From assembly GCA_903900775.1 (NCBI GenBank), contig CAIUOD010000004.1, positions 1-49,465 of the forward strand: a stretch of DNA of 49,465 nt, given 5' to 3'. The first letter of the stretch is position 1. Every line of letters starts with the position of its first letter. Below the pieces are notes generated by a model. That model was given only the letters and a program-made list of their open reading frames with translations. It made no database searches and was not told where the DNA came from. This DNA is from Candidatus Adlerbacteria bacterium (GTDB lineage Bacteria; Patescibacteriota; Minisyncoccia; Phycocordibacterales; SBAW01). Of this stretch, positions 10,937 to 19,133 are shown piece by piece. Made by a program: the position numbers and the translations under genes.

Positions 10937-11098
10937 GTGAAAACTGGAAGAACTCTCCCGGGACTCGTTTGCGAGTTGGCCTCGATCTTTATACCAGCTG
11001 GGGGCATGCTCGCACTCCTGTTGTTCGCCTTTGGCGGCGCGTGGCTCCTTTCCCCCGTCTTGGAGCCTATGGTGAGATTGCTAAAACACCTTGGATGA
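10937..11098 (+). CDS. Putative 53-aa hydrophobic peptide (GTG start)
   Basis: Not in the ORF track. AAGGAGG lies 6 nt before the GTG at 10937. Translation: VKTGRTLPGLVCELASIFIPAGGMLALLLFAFGGAWLLSPVLEPMVRLLKHLG*. It is driven by promoter copy 2 and followed by a long imperfect hairpin plus a T-rich tail. Confidence 0.35.
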   Translation: MKTGRTLPGLVCELASIFIPAGGMLALLLFAFGGAWLLSPVLEPMVRLLKHLG

Positions 11099-11210
11099 AC
11101 GCAACCCCGACCGCCCGCCACAGAAGCCCCGCTCGGCTCAAGTGGTCGGGCGGTTTCTGTTTGTATAACCCCAATTGCACCCCTCCCCGGCTTGTGCTAG
11201 TATCTTCCCA

Positions 11211-11441
11211 ATGACCGTGCACGGCATATTGCCGTATATCCAAATAGTCCTCTCGCTTTTGCTCGTTATCTGCGTGCTCTTACAGCAGACGGGGGCATCA
11301 CTCGGTGGGGCCTTTGGCGGAGATAACTTCTCTGCGGCCTATCACACGCGCCGCGGGCTCGAGAAGAACCTCTTCTGGGCGACCATCGTCATCGGGGTAC
11401 TTTTCGCGATCTCGGCGTTTGCAGCGCTCATCATAGGCTAG
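11211..11441 (+). CDS. secG: Preprotein translocase subunit SecG
   Basis: ORF 11175..11441. From the ATG at 11211: MTVHGILPYIQIVLSLLLVICVLLQQTGASLGGAFGG...RRGLEKNLFWATIVIGVLFAISAF. This shows the SecG pattern LLQxxKG/GLGGAFGG with 2 TM. Confidence 0.8.
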   Translation: MTVHGILPYIQIVLSLLLVICVLLQQTGASLGGAFGGDNFSAAYHTRRGLEKNLFWATIVIGVLFAISAFAALIIG

Positions 11442-11465
11442 CAAAACCCAACTTACGCAATCAAC

Positions 11466-13271
11466 ATGAACGACATTCTGTCTGCCGCGCGGCGGTTTTC
11501 TCTCTCTGCGCCGCTCTCATACGTCTCTTCGGCGCTGAATAAAATCCAGCGTATCGTTGACGCGTTCTCGGCCAGCGGCCGCCTTATTTTTTCTCTGCTC
11601 GCCGGGCTCTTGGTGGTGAGCAGTGCCGGGCTCCTTTTTTTGCTTAACGAAAATCTTTTAGTAACGGTGCCGGCTCATGGCGGCTCACTTTCCGAAGGGA
11701 TCGTCGGCGCACCGCGCTTTATCAACCCGGTCTTGGCCGTCTCGGACGCCGATGATGATCTCACCGCGCTCGTTTATTCTGGCCTGCTTAAAGCGACTCC
11801 CGAGGGCGGCTATACGCCCGATTTGGCAGAGAGCTACACCATCTCACCGGACGGCAAAATATATACGGTCGTGCTTAAGAACAATGCGAAATTTCAGGAC
11901 GGTACTGCCGTGACCGCCGACGACATCCTCTTTACCATTAGCAAAACCCAAGACCCGGTGCTCAAGAGCCCCCAGCAAGCCAACTGGACCGGTGTCACGG
12001 TCGAGGAGGTCGACCAGCACACCGTGCGCTTCACACTCGCGCAGGCCTACGCGCCGTTTATCGAAGATTTAACCTTGGGGATTTTGCCCAAACACCTCTG
12101 GCAGGGTGTGAGCGACACCGACTTCCCACTGAACGACCTCAACACCAGCCCCGTGGGCTCAGGGCCGTTCAAAGTCGGCTCAATAACGCGCACCTCCTCG
12201 GGTGTCCCAACCTCGTATACATTGGGCTCGTTTGGCGACTATGCGCTTGGGGCGCCGTATTTGGACAGCCTGACGCTACACTTCTATCAAAATGAGAATG
12301 ATCTCCTCTCTGCGCTCAAGAGCGGCCAGGTGGCAGCGGCGAGCGGTATTTCTCCCGAGGCAATTTCGCAGTTGAAAGGATTCCCGATCCAAACCGCGCC
12401 GCTCGATCGCGTCTTTGGCGTATTCTTCAATCAAAATCAGTCGGCCGTCTTGCGCGATGCCATGGTCAGGCAGGCTCTAAGCGACGCCGTCGATCGCGCC
12501 GGGCTCATCTCTTCGGTTCTGGGTGGCTATGGTGTGTCGATTGATGGCCCCGTACCGCCTGGCGTGTTGGCCGGGGCGGGCTCTACCCTCTCAAGTGCTA
12601 GCACGGATTCGACGAGCTCACCGCAGGCGGCCACCGATCTGGCCGCGGAAGCCCAGCAAAAACTTATCGCCGCCGGGTGGAAGTTTGGCCCGAGCGGTTT
12701 CCTAGAAAAAACAACCGGCACCGGCAAAAAAGCCACGACACAACAGCTCGCCTTCACGCTCACCACCGGCAATGTGCAGGAGTTGCGCGCTGTGGCTGAT
12801 TATCTCAAAACAACCTGGGGCCGTATGGGTGCCAACGTCACGGTGCAGGTCTACGACCAGGGTGATTTGACCGAGCAGGTTATCCGACCGCGCAGTTATG
12901 ACGCTCTCCTTTTTGGCGAGGTGGTGGGCCGCGAATTGGACCTCTTCGCGTTTTGGGACTCAAGCCAGCGGGTCGACCCCGGGCTCAATATCGCGCTGTA
13001 TGCCAACGCGCTGGCCGACAAAGCCCTCGAACAACTCCGGCAGACATCGGACCCGAGCACTCGCGCAAAACTTTATGCGCAGTTCAATGCACAGATTCAA
13101 AAAGATATGCCCGCGATATTTCTCTATGCGCCGGATTTCGTGTATACTATTCCGAAAGGCATCCAGGGTGTGAATCTCGGTCTTATCGAGAGTCCGAGCG
13201 ATCGCTATCTAAGCGTCGCGGGGTGGCATCAAGAAACTGATCACGTGTGGCCGCTTTTTATTAAAAAATAA
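11466..13271 (+). CDS. ABC-transporter substrate-binding protein, family 5 (peptide/nickel type), N-terminally membrane anchored
   Basis: 601 aa. ...RFINPVLAVSDADDDLTALVYSGLLKATPEGGYTPDLAESYTISPDGKIYTVVLKNNAKFQDGTAVTADDILFT is typical of SBP_bac_5. No permease or ATPase genes are adjacent, so it is an orphan SBP. Confidence 0.8.
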   Translation: MNDILSAARRFSLSAPLSYVSSALNKIQRIVDAFSASGRLIFSLLAGLLVVSSAGLLFLLNENLLVTVPAHGGSLSEGIVGAPRFINPVLAVSDADDDLTALVYSGLLKATPEGGYTPDLAESYTISPDGKIYTVVLKNNAKFQDGTAVTADDILFTISKTQDPVLKSPQQANWTGVTVEEVDQHTVRFTLAQAYAPFIEDLTLGILPKHLWQGVSDTDFPLNDLNTSPVGSGPFKVGSITRTSSGVPTSYTLGSFGDYALGAPYLDSLTLHFYQNENDLLSALKSGQVAAASGISPEAISQLKGFPIQTAPLDRVFGVFFNQNQSAVLRDAMVRQALSDAVDRAGLISSVLGGYGVSIDGPVPPGVLAGAGSTLSSASTDSTSSPQAATDLAAEAQQKLIAAGWKFGPSGFLEKTTGTGKKATTQQLAFTLTTGNVQELRAVADYLKTTWGRMGANVTVQVYDQGDLTEQVIRPRSYDALLFGEVVGRELDLFAFWDSSQRVDPGLNIALYANALADKALEQLRQTSDPSTRAKLYAQFNAQIQKDMPAIFLYAPDFVYTIPKGIQGVNLGLIESPSDRYLSVAGWHQETDHVWPLFIKK

Positions 13272-13281
13272 CCAGTAACGA

Positions 13282-15168
13282 ATGGACCAAGATAAAAAAC
13301 CAAGTAAGAGGCCAGCTGCCGCAGGCCGAGGTCGCCCCCTTGGGCGCACGGGTGCTCCTAGAGCGCGCCGCGGGGTCGGCCGCGCCGGCAGCCCCAAGCC
13401 GTATCAGCCACACCCGCCGCGCCCTGATATTATGGCGAGCGCTCTGCGCGAGCAAGGCCCTAACGGCAACGACGAGAAACCCATCCCGCCGCTCGAGCTG
13501 GGCAATATCCGCATTATCCCTTTGGGTGGTGTCGAAGAAATCGGCCGCAACATGACCATGGTCGAGTTTGGCGACGACATCGTCGTCATCGACTGCGGCT
13601 TCCAATTTAAAGAGGACGACACGCCGGGCATCGACTACATCCTTCCCAACACTAAATATCTCGAGGATCGCGTTTCAAAAATCCGCGGCCTCTTCATCAC
13701 CCACGGCCACCTCGACCATATCGGCGCCGTCCCCTACCTCATCGACCGCATCGGCTATCCGCCGGTCTACACGCGTGGGCTCACCGCCGTGATGATCCGC
13801 AAGCGTCAGGAAGAATTCCCTCACCTGAAGCCACTGGATATTTTCGAAGTCGAAAAAGAAGACACTATAAAGGCCGGCAATTTGCGCGTGCGCTTTTTCT
13901 CGGTCTCCCACACTATCCCCGATTCGATGGGTGTCATCATCGAGACCCCGTATGGCATGGTGGTCTTTACGGGCGACTTGCGCCTCGACCACACCGACGG
14001 CGTTCCGTCCGAAAAAGAAGAAAAGGAGTTTGCTTTTTTCAAAGATAAAAAAGTGCTCTTTCTCGGATCGGACTCGACCAACGCGGATAAGCCGGGCTTC
14101 TCGCTCCCCGAGCGCCTCGTGCAAAAAAATCTCGATGACATCATCACCAACACCAAAAATCGCCTTATCATCGGGACTTTTTCCTCACAGCTTGAGCGCA
14201 TCATGCGCATGCTCGAGTGTGCCGAGCGCGTGGGGCGCAAGGTGCTCGTCGAGGGCCGCAGCATGAAGGTCAACATCGAGATAGTGAAGCAGTTGGGCAT
14301 GCTCAAAGTGGATGAAAAGACGTTTATCGACGCGGCCCAGCTCGACCATCTGCCCGACAGTAAAGTGATGATTCTCGCGACCGGGGCCCAAGGCGACGAG
14401 TTCGCGGCGCTGATGCGTATCGCGATGAAGACGCACAAATACGTGAAGATTAAAAAAGGCGACACGGTGGTGCTCTCTTCATCGGTGGTGCCGGGCAACG
14501 AGCGCGCCGTCCAAAAACTTAAAGATAACCTCTCGCGCCAGGGCGCGCAGATTATCGACCGGCAAATTATGGACATCCATGCCTCGGGGCACGCTAACCG
14601 CGACGAGACCTTCTGGATCCATTCTAAAATAAATCCCAGATTCTTCATGCCCATGCATGGCTATCACTACATGTTGCGGGTGCACGCCGACATCGCCAAG
14701 GCCTGCGGCCGCGCCGAGGAGGATATCGTCATCCCCGATAACAGTGCCATCATCGAGATACGCGACGAGGGCACGAAGATTGTCCGGCTCAAAGAGATGG
14801 CACCCAACGGCCTGCGGCTCGTCGACGGCTTCTCCATCGGCGACATCCAAGAGGTGGTCATTCGCGACAGGACGGTGCTCGCCGCCGAAGGTATGTTCGT
14901 GATTATCGCCACGGTTAACCACAAGACCGGCCGCCTGCGCAAGAGCCCCGACATCATCTCGCGCGGCTTCGTCTACCTACGAGAAAATCAGGAATTGCTC
15001 CAGCAGACGCGCCTCATTGTGAAGAAAGCGATTGAGGATACGGCCAAAGGCCAGCAACCGGTCAACTTCGACTTTGTCAAAAATAATGTGACCGACGCCG
15101 TGGCGCGCTTCCTCTTCGAGAAAACCAACAAGCGTCCCATCGTCATCCCGGTGATCTTGGTGGTATAA
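13282..15168 (+). CDS. rnj: Ribonuclease J (metallo-beta-lactamase/beta-CASP)
   Basis: 628 aa. IRIIPLGGVEEIGRNMT, the HxHxDH motif ITHGHLDHIGAVPYL, and a beta-CASP region. About 75 aa of Arg/Pro-rich sequence precede the conserved core. An alternative start is MASAL at 13432. Confidence 0.9.
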   Translation: MDQDKKPSKRPAAAGRGRPLGRTGAPRARRGVGRAGSPKPYQPHPPRPDIMASALREQGPNGNDEKPIPPLELGNIRIIPLGGVEEIGRNMTMVEFGDDIVVIDCGFQFKEDDTPGIDYILPNTKYLEDRVSKIRGLFITHGHLDHIGAVPYLIDRIGYPPVYTRGLTAVMIRKRQEEFPHLKPLDIFEVEKEDTIKAGNLRVRFFSVSHTIPDSMGVIIETPYGMVVFTGDLRLDHTDGVPSEKEEKEFAFFKDKKVLFLGSDSTNADKPGFSLPERLVQKNLDDIITNTKNRLIIGTFSSQLERIMRMLECAERVGRKVLVEGRSMKVNIEIVKQLGMLKVDEKTFIDAAQLDHLPDSKVMILATGAQGDEFAALMRIAMKTHKYVKIKKGDTVVLSSSVVPGNERAVQKLKDNLSRQGAQIIDRQIMDIHASGHANRDETFWIHSKINPRFFMPMHGYHYMLRVHADIAKACGRAEEDIVIPDNSAIIEIRDEGTKIVRLKEMAPNGLRLVDGFSIGDIQEVVIRDRTVLAAEGMFVIIATVNHKTGRLRKSPDIISRGFVYLRENQELLQQTRLIVKKAIEDTAKGQQPVNFDFVKNNVTDAVARFLFEKTNKRPIVIPVILVV

Positions 15169-15214
15169 AATACTCTTATTTTAAGCCGTATTTACTTAAA
15201 AGCTCGACAAGGGC

Positions 15215-15346
15215 TTGACAATAAAACTGGTTGGTGTATACTACTATGTAGCATTCAAGGAGGGTGCTAGATATGGAGGTGTAGTTCTTCCAGCCGACAA
15301 GAATCAAAAGCACACAATAGGCCGCCTCACCCGCGGCCTTTTTTTT
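15215..15346 (+). ncRNA. Orphan promoter-to-terminator unit: candidate small RNA (~100 nt) or mini-ORF leader
   Basis: TTGACA (15215-15220), a 16-nt spacer and TATACT (15237-15242). The transcript carries AAGGAGGG followed by ATG GAG GTG TAG (15273-15284). The terminator hairpin aggccgc-ctcacc-gcggcct (15319-15338) is followed by T8. Confidence 0.4.
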
Positions 15347-15356
15347 GCCCAAATTT

Positions 15357-16199
15357 TCAATCTAAAACAGAAAATTTTTTATTGCGGAATGTGATTAATT
15401 TTTCTTTTTGTAATTTTACAAGCTCGTGTTTTATTTCTTTCTGTTCCTGCGAAATTGTTTTTGAAAGATGTTCCAATGTTTTAGGAGATTTGAGAAGCTC
15501 GCGCAGGATTGCGCCGCGCAGTTGGCGTGATGAGCCCTCAAATTTGGATTGCTTGATGTAGTGTTTACTTTTTGTATTGAGTTTAATCCCCTGCTTTTTT
15601 AGATGCGCGCCATAATCCATGAGCGCTGCATAAAAATCACGCGGCGGCATGTTGGATTTTTTAAGCGCCTCTGCAACCCGCGGCAAAATCTCTTTATCTG
15701 AAACCTGCTTTTTATGTGCGAAACAAAAGTGAATAAAAACCGTGCGTATATTGGTCTCTATAAAAATCTCGGGCACGTTGTAAGCAAAAGCGGCCACTGC
15801 TCGCGCGGTATAGGGCCCAACACCGGGGAGTTTTTCTAATTCTTCGGCTTTTTTCGGGAATATGCCGCCGAAATCGCGCGCTATTATTTTAGCTGCTTCG
15901 TGCAAATACTTGGCGCGGCGATTATAGCCGAGCCCGCTCCACGCCTTAAGAACTTTTGAGAGCGGTACTCGCGCCAGCGTTTGAGCATCGGGAAACTCCT
16001 GCAAAAACTTTTTATAAAACGGTATCACGCGCTCAACCTGTGTCTGTTGGAGCATGATCTCCGAAACAAGTACTTTATATGGATCGAACGATTTACCCTG
16101 CGTAGCCTTGTGCGAAGTAGGGCGCCACGGCAAATGACTCCTGCCTTCTTTTTTGTAGAAAGCTGAAACTGCTTGCAATAGTTTTTGTACATTTGTCAT
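15357..16199 (-). CDS. HhH-GPD DNA glycosylase, MutY-like catalytic domain, without the Fe-S cluster loop
   Basis: 280 aa. LPWRPT...DPYKVLVSEIMLQQTQVERVIPFYKKFLQEFPDAQTLA...WSGLGYNRRAKYLHEAA...LPGVGPYTARAVAAFAYN. It has only one Cys (no CX6CX2CX5C) and no MutT-like C-terminal domain. The gene is markedly AT-rich. Confidence 0.75.
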   Translation of the reverse strand: MTNVQKLLQAVSAFYKKEGRSHLPWRPTSHKATQGKSFDPYKVLVSEIMLQQTQVERVIPFYKKFLQEFPDAQTLARVPLSKVLKAWSGLGYNRRAKYLHEAAKIIARDFGGIFPKKAEELEKLPGVGPYTARAVAAFAYNVPEIFIETNIRTVFIHFCFAHKKQVSDKEILPRVAEALKKSNMPPRDFYAALMDYGAHLKKQGIKLNTKSKHYIKQSKFEGSSRQLRGAILRELLKSPKTLEHLSKTISQEQKEIKHELVKLQKEKLITFRNKKFSVLD

Positions 16200-16232
16200 A
16201 AATCTTCGTTTTGCTGAAGTCCATACTAACGC

Positions 16233-16258
16233 AAAAACGCCCCCGAAGGGGCGTTTTT
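16233..16258. terminator. Bidirectional terminator hairpin
   Basis: aaaaacgcccc-gaa-ggggcgttttt, lying between the RRM gene and the glycosylase gene. Confidence 0.7.
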
Positions 16259-16280
16259 GCTAGCAAGAGAACGAGGAGGC

Positions 16281-16565
16281 TTACGCCGCGCGGCGATAGC
16301 CACCCTCGCTACCCTCCGCCTTGGGACGAGCATCGGAGACGGTGAGCATGCGGCCGGCGAACTCCTTGCCATTCCACATGGCAATAGCACCATCAGCGCC
16401 TGCATCATCGGCCATCTCGACGAAGCCGAAGCCCCGGGAGCGACCTGTCTCGCGATCGGTCACAATGGCTGCCGAGGCGACTTCACCAGCTTTGGCGAAG
16501 GCGTCGCGGAGCTCGTCACCTGTGGTGCGGTACGGAAGACCGCCCACAAATAGTTTGCGTACCAT
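16281..16565 (-). CDS. RNA-binding protein with RRM domain
   Basis: 94 aa. RNP-2 KLFVGGL and RNP-1 RGFGFVEM. The putative promoter is TTGCCA-16-TACACT, with a leader of ~85 nt. Confidence 0.9.
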   Translation of the reverse strand: MVRKLFVGGLPYRTTGDELRDAFAKAGEVASAAIVTDRETGRSRGFGFVEMADDAGADGAIAMWNGKEFAGRMLTVSDARPKAEGSEGGYRRAA

Positions 16566-16686
16566 AGTGTGCGAAAGAAACGACTAAACGTTCGTTCGTA
16601 AGCCGACCCTCCTGCACCATATGGCACGCCGGAGAACTTACTCGAACGCCAGCAGTGTAGCACGAGGGTGAGGCTTGGCAAGAGCG

Positions 16687-17349
16687 TTAATGCACAAGCC
16701 TTGCGGTGACCACCAGTCGTTTATCAAATTGATGGTTCGCGGTATCCCACTGCCCGTCGCAAGTGATAAGTACCAGTTGTGAAGGGCCCGAGGTGGCAAA
16801 AATAGCGCCGTCGGGTGCCGCATTGGCCGCATAGGCCTGCGTCCCCACCACAACATACGAGAGTTTATTACCTGAAGAGTCTGTAACAATCAAGGCGTCG
16901 CCCAAGGTGAGGCTCGAGAGATGTTCAAAGACGCCTGCCTTGGTGAGTGCATTGTTGACGTGGCCATCAATGACCGCGTTGCCCGGAGCGCCCGGCTTGG
17001 CCCCCAATGAGTACCACGCGACGTTTTCAAAATTCGACGGCGTCGCCATCGAGCCATCCGCTTTGAGCCCGACTTGCTCGACCGTAGCCTCAACCCCGAT
17101 CGCAGGGATAGCGAGGCGCACAGGTGTCAGCGGCGCGGTCGAGGTGGCACTCAATTGATTGAGAACAGTAGGGTCAAGCGCGAGCGCCGGCCCGAGCGCC
17201 AATTCATTCGCGCTCAGAGTGATTATCTGGCCGTGAGCAAAGGCTGCCGTGGTAAGCGAGAGGATATTCCACGCGCCCACGACAACAACCAGCGCCCCGA
17301 TAATGGCGAGGGTATTAACCCAGAATGGCGAAAGAGATTTTGCGTACAT
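16687..17349 (-). CDS. Sortase (class E/F-like transpeptidase)
   Basis: 220 aa. N-terminal TM, a catalytic His context (NAVIDGHVN), and the Cys motif LVLITCDG. Confidence 0.8.
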   Translation of the reverse strand: MYAKSLSPFWVNTLAIIGALVVVVGAWNILSLTTAAFAHGQIITLSANELALGPALALDPTVLNQLSATSTAPLTPVRLAIPAIGVEATVEQVGLKADGSMATPSNFENVAWYSLGAKPGAPGNAVIDGHVNNALTKAGVFEHLSSLTLGDALIVTDSSGNKLSYVVVGTQAYAANAAPDGAIFATSGPSQLVLITCDGQWDTANHQFDKRLVVTARLVH

Positions 17350-18277
17350 ATGGATAGGAAGCTATCGCCGCGGCACCCAAGAGGGCGAGAGCGAGCGCAT
17401 ACTCAAGCGCGGTATGCGGCTCAAAGCCGGTGTTCGGCAAGGTTGGTACTACCGAAGAGCTCGGATAGTAGGTAGCAGTAACCGATGAAGCACCCGGATA
17501 CACAACTGCCTGCGCGGTGCTCACAATATTGACGGTGCAGATCGCGGTCTGTGCACCGTTTGAGACGGTTACCGTTTGCACGCCGCTGGTTTGGAAGAGT
17601 GTCGTTAGCGTGGGGCCAATATTAAGGAAACTGCGGCTCGGCGTCTGCCAGTTGTATCCTGACTGCGCGGGCAAGCCGTTAACAAATGTGCCTTGGATGC
17701 CGTTCTCTACCGTGAAGGTAACCGACTGGCCGATATTAACGGTCTGATACGACGGTGTGCAGGTGAGCGGTTGAAGAGTGGTGTAGGGATACGGGTACGG
17801 TGTCGGATACGAGTACTGATTTGCTGAAGAGGTTTCGGTCACGACGCACGTCGGCCCCTGGCCGAGATAATCAATAGAACCCGAGCAACCCGCCGAGTAT
17901 GAAGCCGTGAAGCCTGCAGGAGCATTAGCGATAGAGACCAAGTAGTTACCAACTCCCATCTGGACCGGTGTGCCATAAATCGAGCCAGCAAACGTTGAGG
18001 GAGTTGGGTTGGTGCCCGAGACCGTCACCGTAAAATTGCTGGGCGCGTAGGTGGCGTTCGTATCCGACGGATTCATCACCTGCACATAGACGAGGAGTGT
18101 TCGCGGGCCGCAAACCGAGCCGTTGTAACTATAGCCATACGGGTCGCTATTGGTTGGATACGAATATCCACAATGGGCGCTCGTATTATAATTATAGGAT
18201 TGAGCCGAAACAAAAAGCGGCAGGGCCGCAAGTGTGAGCGCGGTGAGAGTGATACCGAGTGAGCGGGCGAGTGACAT
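17315..18277 (-). CDS. LPXTG-anchored surface protein (Tyr/Pro/Ser/Thr-rich)
   Basis: ORF 17315..18373. The signal peptide starts at MSLARSLGITLTALTLAALPLFVSAQS (ATG at 18275-18277). The C-terminus has LPNTG, a hydrophobic stretch and basic residues. The 3' end overlaps the sortase start by 35 nt. Confidence 0.75.
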   Translation of the reverse strand: MSLARSLGITLTALTLAALPLFVSAQSYNYNTSAHCGYSYPTNSDPYGYSYNGSVCGPRTLLVYVQVMNPSDTNATYAPSNFTVTVSGTNPTPSTFAGSIYGTPVQMGVGNYLVSIANAPAGFTASYSAGCSGSIDYLGQGPTCVVTETSSANQYSYPTPYPYPYTTLQPLTCTPSYQTVNIGQSVTFTVENGIQGTFVNGLPAQSGYNWQTPSRSFLNIGPTLTTLFQTSGVQTVTVSNGAQTAICTVNIVSTAQAVVYPGASSVTATYYPSSSVVPTLPNTGFEPHTALEYALALALLGAAAIASYPYVRKISFAILG

Positions 18278-18376
18278 AGTATGTAATGATATTAATGAAT
18301 AAGTATGATGAAATAACGATGAGCGGGAGCTGAAATCTGCCGCCACCCTACCACGCCTTCGCCAGTATTGCAAGTG

Positions 18377-18598
18377 TTACAACCCACCTAAACTATTGAG
18401 ATTCCCTACTCCTTCGGCCGTGAGAAACGACGGGGCAACGAACAGTATCGCAATCAGCGGGATGATAATAAGAGCGGCGGTGATAATACCGGTCCAGAGC
18501 ATATATTTGCGCACTTTTTCGCTCGACGCATAGGAAGCGTCTATCTTGCCCTGCAGTTCGGCGAGTTTTAATTCTATTCTATCGAGCTGTTCGTTCAT
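18377..18598 (-). CDS. Small membrane protein, hypothetical
   Basis: ORF 18377..18634. The likely start is MNEQLDRIELKLAELQGKIDAS (ATG at 18596-18598), giving a coiled-coil head and one TM. Confidence 0.5.
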   Translation of the reverse strand: MNEQLDRIELKLAELQGKIDASYASSEKVRKYMLWTGIITAALIIIPLIAILFVAPSFLTAEGVGNLNSLGGL

Positions 18599-18690
18599 GA
18601 AAATAAGTATATACCCGAGCGGGCGGCTATCCACACCCTCTTGACGTTGAGCGCCGCCTTGGTATATACTTAGGCAACCTAACTATTCAT

Positions 18691-19098
18691 ATGGTGAACA
18701 AAAAAGAATCTACATTTTCGCTCCTTTTCGCCTTCGGGCGGCTCGTCCGTAGCCGCACCGAGGCTCGCGGCGCGCTCCCGATGAGCCAACTTGAAGCTCT
18801 GCATTATGTCGCCGAGGCAAAACGCCCCACCATGCAGGAGGTCGCCCACCACCAATGCGTCTCCGCCCCTTCAGCAACCGCGATTATCGAAGAGCTCGCC
18901 GAAGCGGGCTACCTGACCCGTGTGCGTGACACCAACGACCGCCGCCAAGTGCGCCTGGCGCTCACCGTGCGTGGGCGCGCGGCACTGCGCCGGAGCTTCG
19001 CGGCGCGCAAGCGCGCCGTAGAGCAAATCCTGACGGGTCTCAATGCTCACGAGCGCGTGGTATTTCATCGCGTGCTCCAGCATATCGTCAATGCGTAA
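18691..19098 (+). CDS. MarR-family transcriptional regulator
   Basis: 135 aa. Winged-HTH pattern ...LEALHYVAEAKRPTMQEVAHHQCVSAPSATAIIEELAEAGYLTRVRDTNDRRQVRLALT. It is the first gene of the efflux operon. Upstream promoter is TTGACG-17/18-TATA(C)T. Confidence 0.85.
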   Translation: MVNKKESTFSLLFAFGRLVRSRTEARGALPMSQLEALHYVAEAKRPTMQEVAHHQCVSAPSATAIIEELAEAGYLTRVRDTNDRRQVRLALTVRGRAALRRSFAARKRAVEQILTGLNAHERVVFHRVLQHIVNA

Positions 19099-19133
19099 TA
19101 GCAATTATTTATAACTACCCTATAACATAACGT

